A stretch of DNA of 64,000 nucleotides from the human T2T-CHM13v2.0 reference genome, Homo sapiens: assembly GCF_009914755.1 (NCBI RefSeq), contig NC_060932.1. One strand, given 5' to 3'. Positions 11,750-25,530 of the stretch are shown here, piece after piece. The stretch's first letter is position 1. The number at the start of each line of letters is the position of its first letter. Under the pieces are notes generated by a model that was given only the letters and a program-made list of their open reading frames with translations, made no database searches and had not been told where the DNA came from. Both the position numbers and the translations under genes were made by a program.

Positions 11750-14700
11750 GGAAGACTTATGGTCTATCCTGAAGAATGTTTCATGCGCAGTGGAGAAGAA
11801 TGTGTATTCGGTTCTTTTTGAGTAGTGTGCTCTATAGATGTCGATTAGGTGTAATTGATTTGTATTGTTGTTCAAATGTTTTTTTTTCTTTTTTGACCTT
11901 CTTTCTAGGTATTCTACTTATTACTGAAAGTGTGTTGATGAAGTACCCAACTATTATTGTTGAATTGTCTATTTCTCCCTTTAATTCTGGTAGTTTTGCT
12001 TCATGTATTTTGAAGCTCTATTGTTACATATATTTTTTATATATGCATACATGTTTATAATTATTTTACCTTCTTGATGGATTGATCTTTTTATCATTTT
12101 TTAAAATGTCATTTTTCTCTAATAATTTTTGTCTTAAAGTCTCTTTTGCCTAATGTTAGTATTATAGCTACTCTAGTACTCTTTTAGTTACTATTTTCAT
12201 GGAATATCTTCTTCCATACTTTTCCTTTCAACCTGTTTTTATGTTTGAACCTAAAGTGTGTCTCTTGTAGACAGCATGTGGTTGGATCATTTTTCCCATA
12301 ATGCTAATTTCTTCCTTTTAATAGGTGTGTTTAATCCATTTACACTTAATGTAATTACTGATAATGTAGGATTTATGCCTGCCATCTTGCCATTTGTTTT
12401 CTACATATTTTAGGTCTTTTTTGTACCTTACTTCCTTCTTTTGTGTTAAATGTTTTTTTTTTCACTGCACTGCTTTATTTGTTGTTTCTTTTTCTACATT
12501 TTTATTTTTAAATTACTTATATTGCTTTCTCAGAATTAAACCAACACAAAAATGCTTTTTAATAGCTCCATTCTCTCCACTCATTTTTGTCTTATTACTG
12601 TCATACAAATTACATCTTTGTACATTGCATACCCATCAACATAGATTTATAATTATTTCTTTGTGTATTTGTCCTTTAAATCAGATAGAAGGAAAAGAGT
12701 TACAAATAAAAAAAAAGCTTATATTATCTTTTATATTTACCTAAGGATTTACCAGTGTTCTTTGTTTTTTTTAATGTGGATTCAAATGACCTTTGTCTTA
12801 ACTTCTCCTTCATTTTTGAAGGATAGTTTTGCTGGATGGAGAAATTTTAGTTGACAGTCTTTTTTTTTTTCTTAAGAACTTGTTAATATGGCTTCCTATT
12901 GTCTTCTGGCCTTTATAGTTTTTGTTAGAAATCAGCTGCTAATATTATAAAAATCTCTTGCATGTGATAAGTTGCTTCTCTCATTCTACTTTCAAGATTC
13001 TGTCTTTGTCTTTCAGCAGTTTGACAATAACCATGTCTACATTTGAGTCTCTGAGTTTATCCTTTTTGGAGATTATTGAGCTTCTTGGATGTGTAGATTA
13101 CAGTTTTTCATTAAATTTTGGAAGTTTTCAGCCATCGTTTCTCAAAATAATCTCTATTCCTTTCTATTTTTTCCTTTGGGTCTGTCAGTATTTATATGCT
13201 CATGTATTTTCATACATTTGATGCTGTCCCATAGGTCTCTGATACTCTGTTCATTCATCTTTTTTTCTCTTCCTCAGACTGGATTTTCTCCACTCATCCA
13301 TCTTCAAGTTGACTGAGTTTTTTCTTCATCCTAGTTCTATCTGCTGATGAGCTTCTCAAATGAATATTTTACTTTAGTTATTATACTTCGCAACTTAAGA
13401 ATTTATTTTGGTTCTTTTTTATGTTTTCTATATCTATATTAATATTCTTTGTTTGATGAGACACTGTTCTTATACTTTAGTTGGTTAGAAAGGGTATTGT
13501 TTGATTCCTTGACTACACAACTATCCCCTGTGTATACCAAAATCCACACATAATCAAGTTTCATAATCAGCCCTGCAGAACATACATATTTGAAAAGTTG
13601 GTTCTCCATATATATGAGTTTCACATTCTATGAATACTGTATTTTTTTAGTTGAAAAAAATCTGCAGTAAGTGAACCCACACAATTCAAATATGTGTTGT
13701 TCAAGTGTCAACTGTATTGAAAATAACCAAATTAAAGTCTTTGTCTAGTAAGTCCAATGTCTCAGCTTCCTCAAGGACTGTTTCTATTGACTGCTTTTTT
13801 TCTTGTGTAGGGACATACTTTTGTGAGTTTTTTTGCGTGTCTCAGTTTTTTGTTGTTGTTGTTTAAAACTGAACATTTAATGTGTAAACTCTGGAAATCA
13901 ATTTTTTCCATGGTTTCTTGTTTTTGTTGTTTAGTGACTTTTCTAAACTAATCTTATAAAGTCTCTATTTCTTGTGCATTGCTATTGAAGTCTCCTCTGT
14001 GTTAGTTTACTAGTCAGCTAATGATTGGGCAGAGATTTTAGTAAATGCCTAGAAACTTTCTAATCTTTGCCAAGGGCCTCTGGGTGCCTATTGGGACTCA
14101 TGCTTAACCTCAAGGTCAACCAGAAGAGAGAGCTCAGAGCCCTCTCAGGTCTTTTCTGGGCATGGATATGGCACTGTGCATGGTCCCGGCCTTCTAGATT
14201 GCCAGGAATAATTCAGAGCTTTACAAGACCTGTTTTGGACACCTCATTCCCCACTTTTCTTTTGAAGATTTTTGATTAGCCCATTGTTTGTTCAGTTTTT
14301 CTTCACTACCTCAGGCAGCAGAAATGTCAAACAATTGCCTTTAAATATTTTCTTCAGATACCCTGAGGAAAAAGGCATTTTGCAAGGGGTGAAGTCTGAG
14401 TCAGGTCAAATGAAGACAGTTCTCTAGGAATGGCGTTTTGTCAGAACTCCAGCCTTATTCTGCCCCCTCCAGCAGCATCCAGACTCCTGGTGATTGTGGC
14501 TGTTGGTTTTCAAGGTTCCTTCAGAGCTGGGGAGTGGGGCATGGGAATAAGACAAGTTAGAATAGCGCAAAGCTCACTGTTCTTACCAGGATTCAGCCAT
14601 TTAAAAAAAAGAAAAAAGACAATGTTTTCTAGAGCTCTGCAATCTTTTGGTTAATTTCCAGGGTTCTGAAAATGGTGATTCTGACCATTTTTACCAATTG

Positions 14701-14750
14701 CTCTTTGCTTTTGTAGAGAGAATGTGTGGAAGTTCTTCACCATTTTCACT
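11750..14750 (-). mobile_element. Old L1M element, 5'UTR/ORF1/endonuclease region, degraded
   Basis: ORF 11675-11875(-) NQLHLIDIYRAHYSKRTEYTFFSTAHETFFRIDH is an L1 ORF2 endonuclease relic; long T-rich antisense L1 composition. Confidence 0.8.
13517..13714. mobile_element. MER8-like (Tigger family) MITE nested in the L1
   Basis: TATACCAAAATCC...GAATACTGTATTTT...GTGTTGTTCAAGTGTCAACTG followed by TA. Confidence 0.7.
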
Positions 14751-14888
14751 CCTATATTTTTCTTTACACTATAAGTAGACATATAATTAAATGCTAGCTG
14801 AATTAATGGAAATTCACTAAAAGCAGAATGCTTCTTTCTTTTTAGAAACTTCTCTGAATGTTTTTGTACTTCTCCTGTTATGTTTTAG

Positions 14889-14971
14889 GACTATGATGAT
14901 GGATATGGCACTGCTTATGATGAACAGAGTTATGATTCCTATGATAACAGCTATAGCACCCCAGCCCAAAG
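14889..14971 (+). CDS. KHDRBS3: KHDRBS3 internal coding exon (probably exon 7; 83 nt, phase 0 to 2), Tyr-rich domain
   Basis: tgttttAG|GACTAT...CAAAG|GTaaga; encodes DYDDGYGTAYDEQSYDSYDNSYSTPAQ(S), recognised as the SLM2/T-STAR Tyr-rich region; phase matches the next exon. Confidence 0.96.
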
Positions 14972-16611
14972 GTAAGAGTCAGTCTTTATTACCAGACCCC
15001 ACAACAGAAACCATCCCCTTCCACATTCATATATTCTGGGAAAAGTATGGCAGTCAGCTAGAGAGGGTAATTGGCTTGCCCTGTTTTTGTATTTGTTTAA
15101 ATGGAGAAGCCCTGTCTGTTCTAGCAACCAGCATGTATTACCCTACCCAAGTTTACTATAATGTTAAAGAAATCAGGGAAATAAAAACTGAAATTTTAGT
15201 CTAAAAATTCAACTTAAATGTTCAGTATATTTTGAGAAGGAACAATGGCCTCAAAGTCTGTGACTATTTAGTCTTAAGGCCCAAAATTACATTGGAAATG
15301 TGTAAGTATCCTACATTGTCAGTGCCTGGAGAAGAAAGTGTCAAAAGTTTTGTTTCCTATTCATAGAACATTTCAATTTCTAAGTAGCAGCCTCTCCTGT
15401 TTTCTATCAACTTCAAACTCCTACCTGTGAATAATGACTTAGTTGTGATTTATTTTCCAAAGAAATATTTACCCACAAATAATTAAATGTTACCAGAGGC
15501 AAAACAGAGCTTCATACTTACCTCTTCTGATAATATTACCTTGATGTTCATTGATACATGAACTTAGTGTTTCTTATGTTGAGAATGTTTTCCTAAATAT
15601 GTGGAAACCTTTTGTTTTATGTTTAAAATTCTAAGTGGAAGACAAAGGTAGATATACACATAAAACAAAATATTGGCTTTGTAGTGATTCTGAAGCATAA
15701 GAAAATATGGACTATGAGGTGATTTTGATGAAACACAAATTCACTTTTGAACTCGTCCAGTGCCAGTCAAGCTTTGCACACATAGGTTCTCTTTATTTGT
15801 TAACTCTGGTACTGAGGTAGATAGGGATATAAAAAAAACTTTTTGTTTTTGCTCATACCAAATTTTATTCTTCTATAACTTGTAAGTTTTGAGTAGCCTT
15901 CAAACTTTGACTCTCAACTGGTCTTTGTTGGTGGAAGCCTGTATATCGTGTTTGTGCCCTTTGGTGTGTTGAGGGTAGACCTAACACTTACGGAGCCCAG
16001 TGACTGGCATGTGGTGAATGCTTGATAAGACTTTGTATACACCGTCTCATTTAGGTATCCCAGCAACTTTATGAAGTATATGCCATTGTTTTCATTGTAT
16101 ACATGAAGAAAAGGAGCACAAAATTAAGTAATGTGCCAGAAATTGCACAGAAAGTGAAAAGATGAAATTCTAAGTCAGATAATCTAACTCAAAGATATGT
16201 ACCCTTTATAAATAAGTCCTTCTCCGATTTTGTTTAAAAACATAAATATCCACAAATATTTCAGTATGTAGTCTAAATATCCTAGCAAAGCAAGTCTCCC
16301 ATCCCCACAGCATTTGCTGAGTGCATACTATATTCCTGGCACTGTTTCCATAAGTTCTGTAAGGCCTTACAGTGTAGGTTGTCTGAACACATCAATCCTG
16401 ACAACAGTACTATAAAGCTGATGGTATTGCTGTAGATGAGGAGATCACATAACCAAGAGATTCTGGCACTTGCTTGTGACCGAACAGCTGATAAAATGGT
16501 AACAGGTGTGTGACTGTCAAGTGCATATTCTTAATCCTGGTACATTTGTGTGAGAGGCTCACTGCACATTTCTGTTAGTTCTGTTCCCGTATCTGTTATG
16601 GGATGTATATA

Positions 16612-17710
16612 CAGTTATGTGTCATTTAACGACTGGGATATGATCTGAGAAATGTGTCCTTAGGCAATTTTGTCATTGTGTGAACATCATAGAGTGTACT
16701 TACACACCTACATGATACAGCCTGCTACACATCTGGGCTGTATGGTCTACCTGAACAGCATGTTACTATACTGAATACTGCAGGCAGTGGACACACAATG
16801 GTATTTCTGTATCTAAACATGTATAAACAGAAAAACTTCAGTAAAAATGTGGTATAAAAGATAAAAAGTGGTATACCCATACAGGTCACTTACCATGAAT
16901 GCAGCTCGAAGGACTGGAAGTTGCTCTTGGGTGAGTCAGTGAGTGAGTGGTGAGTGAATGTGAAGGCCTAGGACATTACCGCGCACCACTGCAGGCTTTA
17001 TAAACACTAAACGCTTAGGCTACACTCAATTTATTAAAAAGCCTTCTTCTTTCTTCAATAGTAAATTAACCTTAGCCCTCTGTAACTTCTTTACGTTATA
17101 AACTTGTAGTTTTTATTAATTTTTGACTCTTGTAATAATACTTAGCTTAAAACACAAATACATTGTACAGCTGTACAAATACATTTCTTCATATCCTTAT
17201 TCTATATACTTTTATCTATTTTAATTTTTTTTTTTTTTACTTTGTAAATTTTTTTTTCCCCTCTGTCACCCAGGCTGGAATGCAGTGGCGTGATCTCAGC
17301 TCACTGCAACCTCCTCCTTCCAGGTTTAAGGAATTCTTGTGCCTCAACCTCCGGAGTAGCTGAGATTACAGGCATGTGCCACCATGCTTGGCTGATTTTT
17401 GTATTTATAGTAGAGATGGGGTTTCGCCATGTTGCTCAGGCTGGTCTTGAACCCCTGGGCTCAAGCAGTGTGCCCACCTTGGCCTCCAAAAGAGCTGGGA
17501 TTACAGGTGTGAGCCACCACACCGGGCCTACCTTTTTGAAAATTAAAAACAAAGACATAAATACACACATTTGCATAGACCTACACAGGCTCAGGATCTT
17601 TGAGATGTCATAGGTGACAGGAATTTCTCAGCACCATTATGATATCTTAGCGCCACCGCTGTACCTGCAGTCTGTTGTTGACTGAGACGTCGTTATGCAG
17701 CACGTGACTC
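16612..17710 (+). mobile_element. Tigger3/MER7 (Golem) non-autonomous DNA transposon with Alu insertion
   Basis: TIRs CAGTTATGTGTCATTTAACGAC and GTCGTTATGCAGCACGTGACTC flanked by TA; homologous to 38438-39985. Confidence 0.85.
17225..17528 (-). mobile_element. Alu (J/S) inside Tigger3
   Basis: T-rich tail then antisense Alu ending CACACCGGGCC. Confidence 0.9.
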
Positions 17711-18379
17711 TATTCCGTGTGTTGGACTTTCAAATGCAAGCATGTTTTTTGGCTTGAACAGTATCACAATATAGTGATGTTTATGGTTCGATTCATTCTG
17801 TGGAGAAAAGAGAAGCGACTTAATATTTATTGAGTTTTTAATGTGTTTCAGATACTATGCTAAATGCTTTTTGTATTTGATTTCAGTAGATCTTCACAGG
17901 CATCAACCCAGTCCTATACAATAAATAGAGTTTCCTCCAGTTAATAGATGTAGAAACCAAGATGTAACTTTTTTTATGAAGTATATTTACAATACAAGAT
18001 TATAGTCCATGTGATCTTCTGGTTTTTGATATTTGATATAAAGAACCAAACTTAAAGCATTTGCCCTATTAAATGCTGTGATCTGTCAAGGAGAGTGATG
18101 TCAAAATGTGACTGCAGGTAAACTGATAGATCACTAAGGGGAGCTAGCATTTACTTAGAGCCTGCTCTAAATCAGGCATGGAATTTAATCTGTTACTTAT
18201 GTGTCTTGTTTTAATACAAATGACAACAGCAAGAGTTAATATACATGATGAAACTGAGGCTCAGAGAAGTAGGTGACTAATCCCAAATGTGAACCCAGGC
18301 TTTTAAAGCTCATGGTCTTTCTACTTGAAGCTCTGATTATATATTTATATGACAGATGATAAGCATTTATTCTTTGGTT

Positions 18380-18965
18380 ATTTATTCAATCAGTGTTTAT
18401 TGAATGTCCATTTTGTGCTAGGCATTATGCTTGATGCTTGGAATACAAAGATTATTAAGACGGAGACTATCCTTGAAAAGCTTACTGGCTAGAAAAAAAC
18501 AAATGTAAATATTTTAAAACAATGTAATATTCTAATTATCGTGAGCGGTCTGAGGAGAAATTCATTGTTTTCATAAGAAGACTATGCTAAATTCTGGTTG
18601 GGAATACTGTGGACATTTACCTGAGAAAGTGAAGGATAAGTAGTAGTCACCAGGTGACAAACAGGGAAGAGCAGTTCACAGAGTAAGGCCAGCAAGTCAC
18701 AGAGGCATGAAACAGGGAGTTTTGTGTGGCAACTACACATAATTGTGTAGGGCTGAAATATGTGGCACACAGGAGCTGTGGGGAGAGAGGGGCCAGGAGG
18801 AGTGACAGCATGTTTCCTCCACAGGGAGCTGAGACAGTGCCACTGAAGAGTTACATGTAAAGGTATGATGTGTTTATACTTGAATTTAGAGAAATTAATT
18901 AGATGACAGTTGTGAAGGCTGGATTGGCAGATGGTGAGCCCAGAGGCAGAGACTAATTAAGATAC
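18380..18965 (-). mobile_element. L2 3' fragment
   Basis: ATTCAATCAGTGTTTATTGAATG...GTGCTAGGCA, the L2 3' end signature, followed by purine-rich L2 body. Confidence 0.6.
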
Positions 18966-19423
18966 TGTTATGTTATAAATTATAAGCCCTTTAAATATCA
19001 GGAAAGATTCACTAAAAGAAGCATCTTTTGTGACAGCCAGTCTACCTTCTTTGAAGTGATCTTTTCTGTGCTACAACTTGTCTTACCTGAAGGAGTACAG
19101 AGAACTGTATGAGAAGTGCTCACATGGACAAGTACAGAAGCCACTGCTAGATACTCTTGAGTGTTCATTTAATCCTCATAACATGTCAAATAAACATCTG
19201 TCCCTTTTAAAGAAGAAAACAGTGGCTCACACAATTAGATAACTTGCTTCAGATCGTACAGTTTACACAAAGGAGACAAACTTTGAACTGAGGTCTGACT
19301 GTAACTATATATTAGTATCTTTTCCACTACAGCACTCTTAGCTTACACTGAATAACTGCTCTGCTATAAATTGAAAGGAAGCAGCTATATATAGTGTGGG
19401 GTGAAGAAATGGTTCTATGCACC

Positions 19424-19755
19424 ATATTAGTTTACTATATGGGGCTGCCATAATAAAACACTCCAGTCTTCTTAAGTCCTCTCTCCCGGGCTTGCAGATG
19501 GCTGCCTTCTCTCCATGTCCTCCCATGCTCTTTTATCTGTGCACTAACATTTCTGGTGTCTCTTTTTGTATCCAAATTTTCTTTTCTTTGAAGGACACCA
19601 GTCAGATTGGATTAGAACCCACTCTAAAGGCCTCATTTCAATTTAAATCAGCTCTTTAAAGGCATTGTCTCCAAATATGGTCACAGTCTGAGGTACTGGA
19701 TTAGGGTTTCAATATATGAGTTTCAGAAGGCAAGGTACACAATTCAGCACACAAA
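19424..19755. mobile_element. MaLR LTR (MLT1-like), internally deleted
   Basis: GGGCTGCCATAATAAAA; CTTGCAGATGGCTGCCTTCT; AAGGACACCAGTCAGATTGGATTAG; ACAATTCAGC. Confidence 0.75.
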
Positions 19756-20694
19756 ATGCACATACTCTAACACCGGTTTAAGCACAACACTGCATGTTTC
19801 AGAATTAGGAACCTGATATGAACTAGTTAGGATAGCAGATTTTCAGATCATCCCCAGTATCGAATAGTAGACATTAACAAGGAAATCATCACGGCCATCA
19901 TCTTAGGTTTCCTTTGTGCTTGGCATTATTTCATCTACTTTACATAAATTATCTCCCCTCTCTGCATCCCCTTCGATATTGCTAAATTCAAGTTTAAAAA
20001 TGTTATTCCCAAATTCAGAGAAGTGAAGTTCCTCATTCCCAAATTCAGAGAAGTAAAGCCCAAAGAAATCACCTCGGTGCCAAAACATTCTCTTTTATAC
20101 TGTCTCCATTGCCTTTCAGCTCTCCTTTTGTCATGGTTTTGATTACAGTTGCTGGGACTCATTCCTGTTTATATTTCCCATATACAGTATTCAAAAATGT
20201 AATACTTTGTGATGCTTTAAAATCTCTTAGGAATTCTGCTTCAATATGCACTAGAAGTTTTGCCTTATCAAATTTAGACTACCTTAAGCAAATAGGGAAT
20301 TTAATTTATATTAAATATACATATTACAGTCGTAGGCTTAGACTAGTGAAATTAAGAAATTTGTTTTTCCACTTTTACATGAGATCCCTTCAGTGAATAG
20401 CATTTACTGCCACTGCTGTCAAGGAGCACCCAGTTTTCAGATGCACTGGTGGGCAGTGCCATGTAGCACTTGATGTCTTATCTAACATGTCTTGATTTTG
20501 ACAATTCAGGTTCCGTAAGATTTCATACGTAAATAGTTCTCTCAATTCAGAATTTGAAAGTACGTGCAATGCTACAGTTATAGTTCAGTATTAGTGAAGA
20601 ATTCTTCACTTGGCCTCCTTTTAGAGTACAAAGCTGTTGTGCAGATGTTCTTTGACGTTTTATGCAGTAGGAGGGAGCACAGAGCAGAGGTAAA

Positions 20695-20930
20695 AGCTGC
20701 TCAGTCCCCCATGGCAGCCACTAGACATGGAGCTGTGGACCCTTGACCCGTGGCCAGTCCAGATTGAGATGTGCTGGAAGTGTAAAACTCACACCACATT
20801 CCAGAGACTTTGTATGAAAAAAAGAATGTTAAAAAAATTATTAAAATTAATTTCACCTATTTCTTTTTACTTTTTTTACATGTGGCTACTGGAAAGCTCT
20901 CTATTACAGTGTCTTCTCATAGATAGCACT
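20695..20930. mobile_element. MER33/MER3-like hAT MITE
   Basis: GCAGCCACTAG...GAGATGTGCTG..AAGTGTAAAA...CATGTGGCTACT. Confidence 0.65.
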
Positions 20931-22694
20931 GAGTTAAATGATTCTGGCTGTGTCTGTCTCTGGCACATACTCACTTATGGGTAAGCAAGACAGCAAGACA
21001 GTCCACAAGCCGCAGAGAGAGAACTGGAAAGCGGCCCCTCATATTCCTACTTTTTAAATTCCTATTTTAATGTTTGTATGTTATTTAAAATATAGCTTAG
21101 TAATATTATAGTATGCATAAGCACATTACAGTTACAAGTTCAAAACCATTTTTATTTGTGCCGATGTATTATCAGAAACAGAGACCGGTGCCACAGTGGT
21201 TAAGTCTGACGGACCTATGGTCAGACGCCAACTTTAACATTTACTGGCTCTGTAATTTGAGGTGAGTTATTTAACCTCTCTAAGCCTCCTTTTATAAAAT
21301 GTGTAACTGTTTCTACTTGTGAGAACAGTGTAAAAAGATTCTCGTTTAGAGGGCCGGCCTGAAGGCTGAAAGAGACAGGAAAGCACGTAGTCTTTGTAAA
21401 CTGTGTAGAGGGAAGTCTGTTGTCCACTCCGTTGTCTCTGCTTGAGGACTAAATGAGATGGTTTGCATAGGGAGGTAGCACAGTGTGAGCCCGAGTTCCT
21501 GCCATCCTTCTGCAGCTCTAAATTCCTTCTGCTTGTTGTTTCACACAAGAGTGGCTACGAAGAGCAGGTTCTGGGAAACCTGCAAGGACTGTGCGAGCAA
21601 ATGTTTTATAGTGAGAGAGGAAACCTTGCAAAGGGCTTCTTTCCTGTGGATGGTCAGTGTCAGTATTTCCTGTGCACTGAGAGTCGGTAAGGTCAACAGC
21701 CATATCCTACCTGAAAACAAACTTGAGTAAGACAGCAAGGCGGCCTGGCTACCGTTGGGTATGATCTGTTGTGTGGAAGGGCTTCTTTCCATAATGACTT
21801 TTAAACTCCTGAGGTCCTCATTATTATGACACTCTTGTGTTACAGAAACAAGTTTATCTTTGGAGGTTTTACAGATTAGGAATTTTTTTCTTCCAATTTT
21901 CAAATACCTTGCATTCAAATCAGAGTACAAATGAGAATTCCCATAAAAAAATTCAGTATAGTTCAGGTACATTTCCCCATTGATTTTTGTAATGACCTTG
22001 ATAATGCTAACATTACAGTATAAAACAAAAGTATCGTTTATCTAACTTCACACATTTAATGAGTAACAAGATTTTGACACAGTTACTATGAAGAGAAATA
22101 TAAACTATTCTTTACAATATTGGAATTATTCTAATACACATTGGCTCAAAAATAGATGTTGATTACTTCCTGTGGATACACAGCTTCGGAATAGCTAGTA
22201 TAGTGAATCAAAACGAATGGGTGATAATGACCTCAGCCCTCAGAGCCCTTCCTCTGCCCCGACATGGCTTGAATCTTCACAGACCATTTCTGCCTCCTGG
22301 AAACCCCTTGTAAATATCTTTATTTTATTCTAAGCTAAGTGGAATTAGTTTATATTTGATGTCTTATTTACAATCCTAATAACTATCATAATATTTTTAG
22401 TCTATGTTTCTGAAAAAGTATAAATTCTCCAAAGAACTGTTTGGCTCCTATAGTGATCATAAACTAAATAGAACATAAAGGGTCTCAAAAAGTGCTAATA
22501 GAAATTGAGCATTATAAACTGTCAACAAAAATACTTCTAACACAGTACTATGTAGACATCAACAAAAAACAAGGGATATCAACCCAAATTACCCCCATAG
22601 ACCCGTAAATACTTAATTCCCAAGACCCCATGGTAAGGGAAAAAAAAACAAAAAAAAGAGTAGAGACAGGGGTGAAAAAGTGAAGCTACAACCC

Positions 22695-23187
22695 TGTAAA
22701 GAAAAGAAAAATTATTTGGTGACGCTTGTTAAAGCACAGTAAGGCGGACTTTATTCAGGACCACTGCAGTAGATACGTGGACCACTGCACTGGGACTTTG
22801 CAGTGGGGAAGAGAGACCGGGCTCCACTCTGCATCTAGCATTGGCAAGTGGGAATTCGTAGCCAAGAAGTCGGGCTAGGGTCAGGAGATAGAAAATTACT
22901 GAGAGGAAACATCAGTGGTAGGGGGGATTTTGGCTGAACTGACCTAACAGGATTCTTGCCAGAGGCAGGCCAGAATGGTCAGACATCCCCTCCCCTGGGG
23001 AATGATGGAGGATAAGGAACCTGATCAGATACTGAGGGTGATCAGATATCATGGGTGGCGTGTTCTTGCTAAACTGGCTCAGCAAGGTTCTTTTTTAAAA
23101 CTGGATTTTACAAGGAGCTCCACAGATGGGCCTAGGAGAAGGATCAGGAGGCTGACTAAAGTTTAGCCAAGCAGAGAATCTTTGTCA
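22695..23187. mobile_element. Solo ERV1-class LTR
   Basis: TG...CA bounded block of about 490 bp (CTTGTTAAAGCACAGTAAGGCGGACTTTATTCAGGACC...GAGAATCTTTGTCA); subfamily not resolved. Confidence 0.6.
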
Positions 23188-25158
23188 GCTCTGACAGGGA
23201 AAAGGGAAGGAACAGCCCAAGACTGAATGTTAGCATGTGTAAGTATTGCTGTTTATTATAGTTATTATATATTGACCATCTGCTGTAGTGTATCAGACAC
23301 ACACACACACACACAACCACCCTCTGATCTTAATTTTAACCTTAAAAGGTGGATATTATCCTCAATTTATTATTGAGAAAACTGAGACTCAGAGTTTAAG
23401 TAGCCTGAGTGACACTCTTAATGACATTATTGATTTCAAGGTCCATTTTCATTCCATTATACTAGTGTTTTTCAAAGAGTAGTACCCATATCATTGACGT
23501 CTCACAATGTGATTTCAGATGCTACATGGGCAGACTTCTTAAAAAATTGTAATGATTAGATTATAAAGTTATTGGAAGAGTATGGTTAGCATATCAAACA
23601 CATGATTTTATGATTATTGCTATAATTCAGTGATGTCAAGTTTATTTAAAGTAAAAGAAAATTAACATGGAGAGTTAGTATGAAGTCACGAACAGGATAG
23701 ATGGCAAGTATACTGCATATCCTGAGAGTTGTCCCTGAATGGCTGGGGTTTGGTGAATGCTGCACTGAGCATTTGTGTCACCAGTCAGTGGACAACCTGA
23801 AACACTGCTCATACTGAAAGTTTGATTAGATGAGTCTGAGAAGCAAGACTGAGCTTCTCACTAAGTTACAGTGTCCTACCAAATTTGATGCCTTGATTTT
23901 ATTGAAAATAAGAAGTTTTGTATCTTCACCAGGAATTTCTTTAGAATTAAACTAATAAAAAAGGAAAATGTTTTTCAAGATTCATTTACTTAACAAAGTT
24001 TGAAGGAATGAAATATCTATTGCGTACTTACCAAGTGTGAGTTACTATGTATCTAGGTGCTCTCATACATATTCTGTCATTTAATTCCTAAGAACTTCTG
24101 TAGGATTGTCATTCCTTAATTTTACAAAAGGAGTTGACATTCACAGAATTTGAGCTTGACCAAAGTCACATAGCTAATTCATATCAGTTAGTCCTCATAC
24201 TGTTCTCTTTGAGATCAAGCTTACATTCTTTTGCCTAACTCAAAAGCAACTAGTAAGGGGGAAAAAAATTAGGTTCCTATAAATGTAGAGAAGACCACCA
24301 CATGGGATCTTCATGCATGATCTCCACAAGTGTATGACAACACGGTAGTGGGGCAAAGGCAAGCTAGTGGCAATAAATCAATTGCCACTGTCACTTTACT
24401 CTTTAATGTTCTTGAGACTACATGAGATTTATCACTAAGGAATTGTAGAATAATGGTAGTAAATGAAAACAAAGTCCACCAGGGAGATGTACTACATCAT
24501 TTGGATTTAGCGCTGCCATCTGCTTAATAGCATTGAGAAGACTGCAACAGTACTTACGATCAACCATTCATAGCAATGACAGATGCTGCAGAGAGTGAAC
24601 ATACCAGGGAAGCAGGTTCATTACTAAAATGTAGATTATGTGACAGGGTTTCTAAAAAGCGCTTGTGTTGATGACCAAACCTCCAGTTTTAAATCTTCAC
24701 TATAGAATTTTAAGTCTGTAAGATAAAGACCTACTCTAAAGTCTTTCTATGTTTCATTCCTCGTGTTTCATACATTCTTAAAATGTATTTATTTATTTTT
24801 TAAATAATTTTTTCTACAAATCTTGCATATATAGTCTCTTTTTGATGGAAGAGAATAATAACTTTTGTATAATTTCTGACTTTTAAAATGAGGTAGCATT
24901 ATTGTTAGTAAAAAAAGACAGTGACTATAAATCCACAAAAGCTTGGACTTGAATGTCAGCTCTACTACTTTCTTAGCTCTACGACGTTGACTAGGTTGCT
25001 TCTTTGAGTCTTTTCTCTTCTGTAAAATGATGACTGTTTGACTTACAACATTGTAATTAAGTGAGATAGCAGATGTAATATACATAATAGTTCAATAAAT
25101 TTGCTGTAGTAGCCTGTAGTAGGTGTTTACCATTGTAAGCATTTTATGGCCTTTTTAG

Positions 25159-25530
<372 letters not shown>

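Noticed and set aside
14893-15204. 103-aa Met-rich ORF
   Set aside because: Shifted reading frame of the KHDRBS3 exon running into the intron
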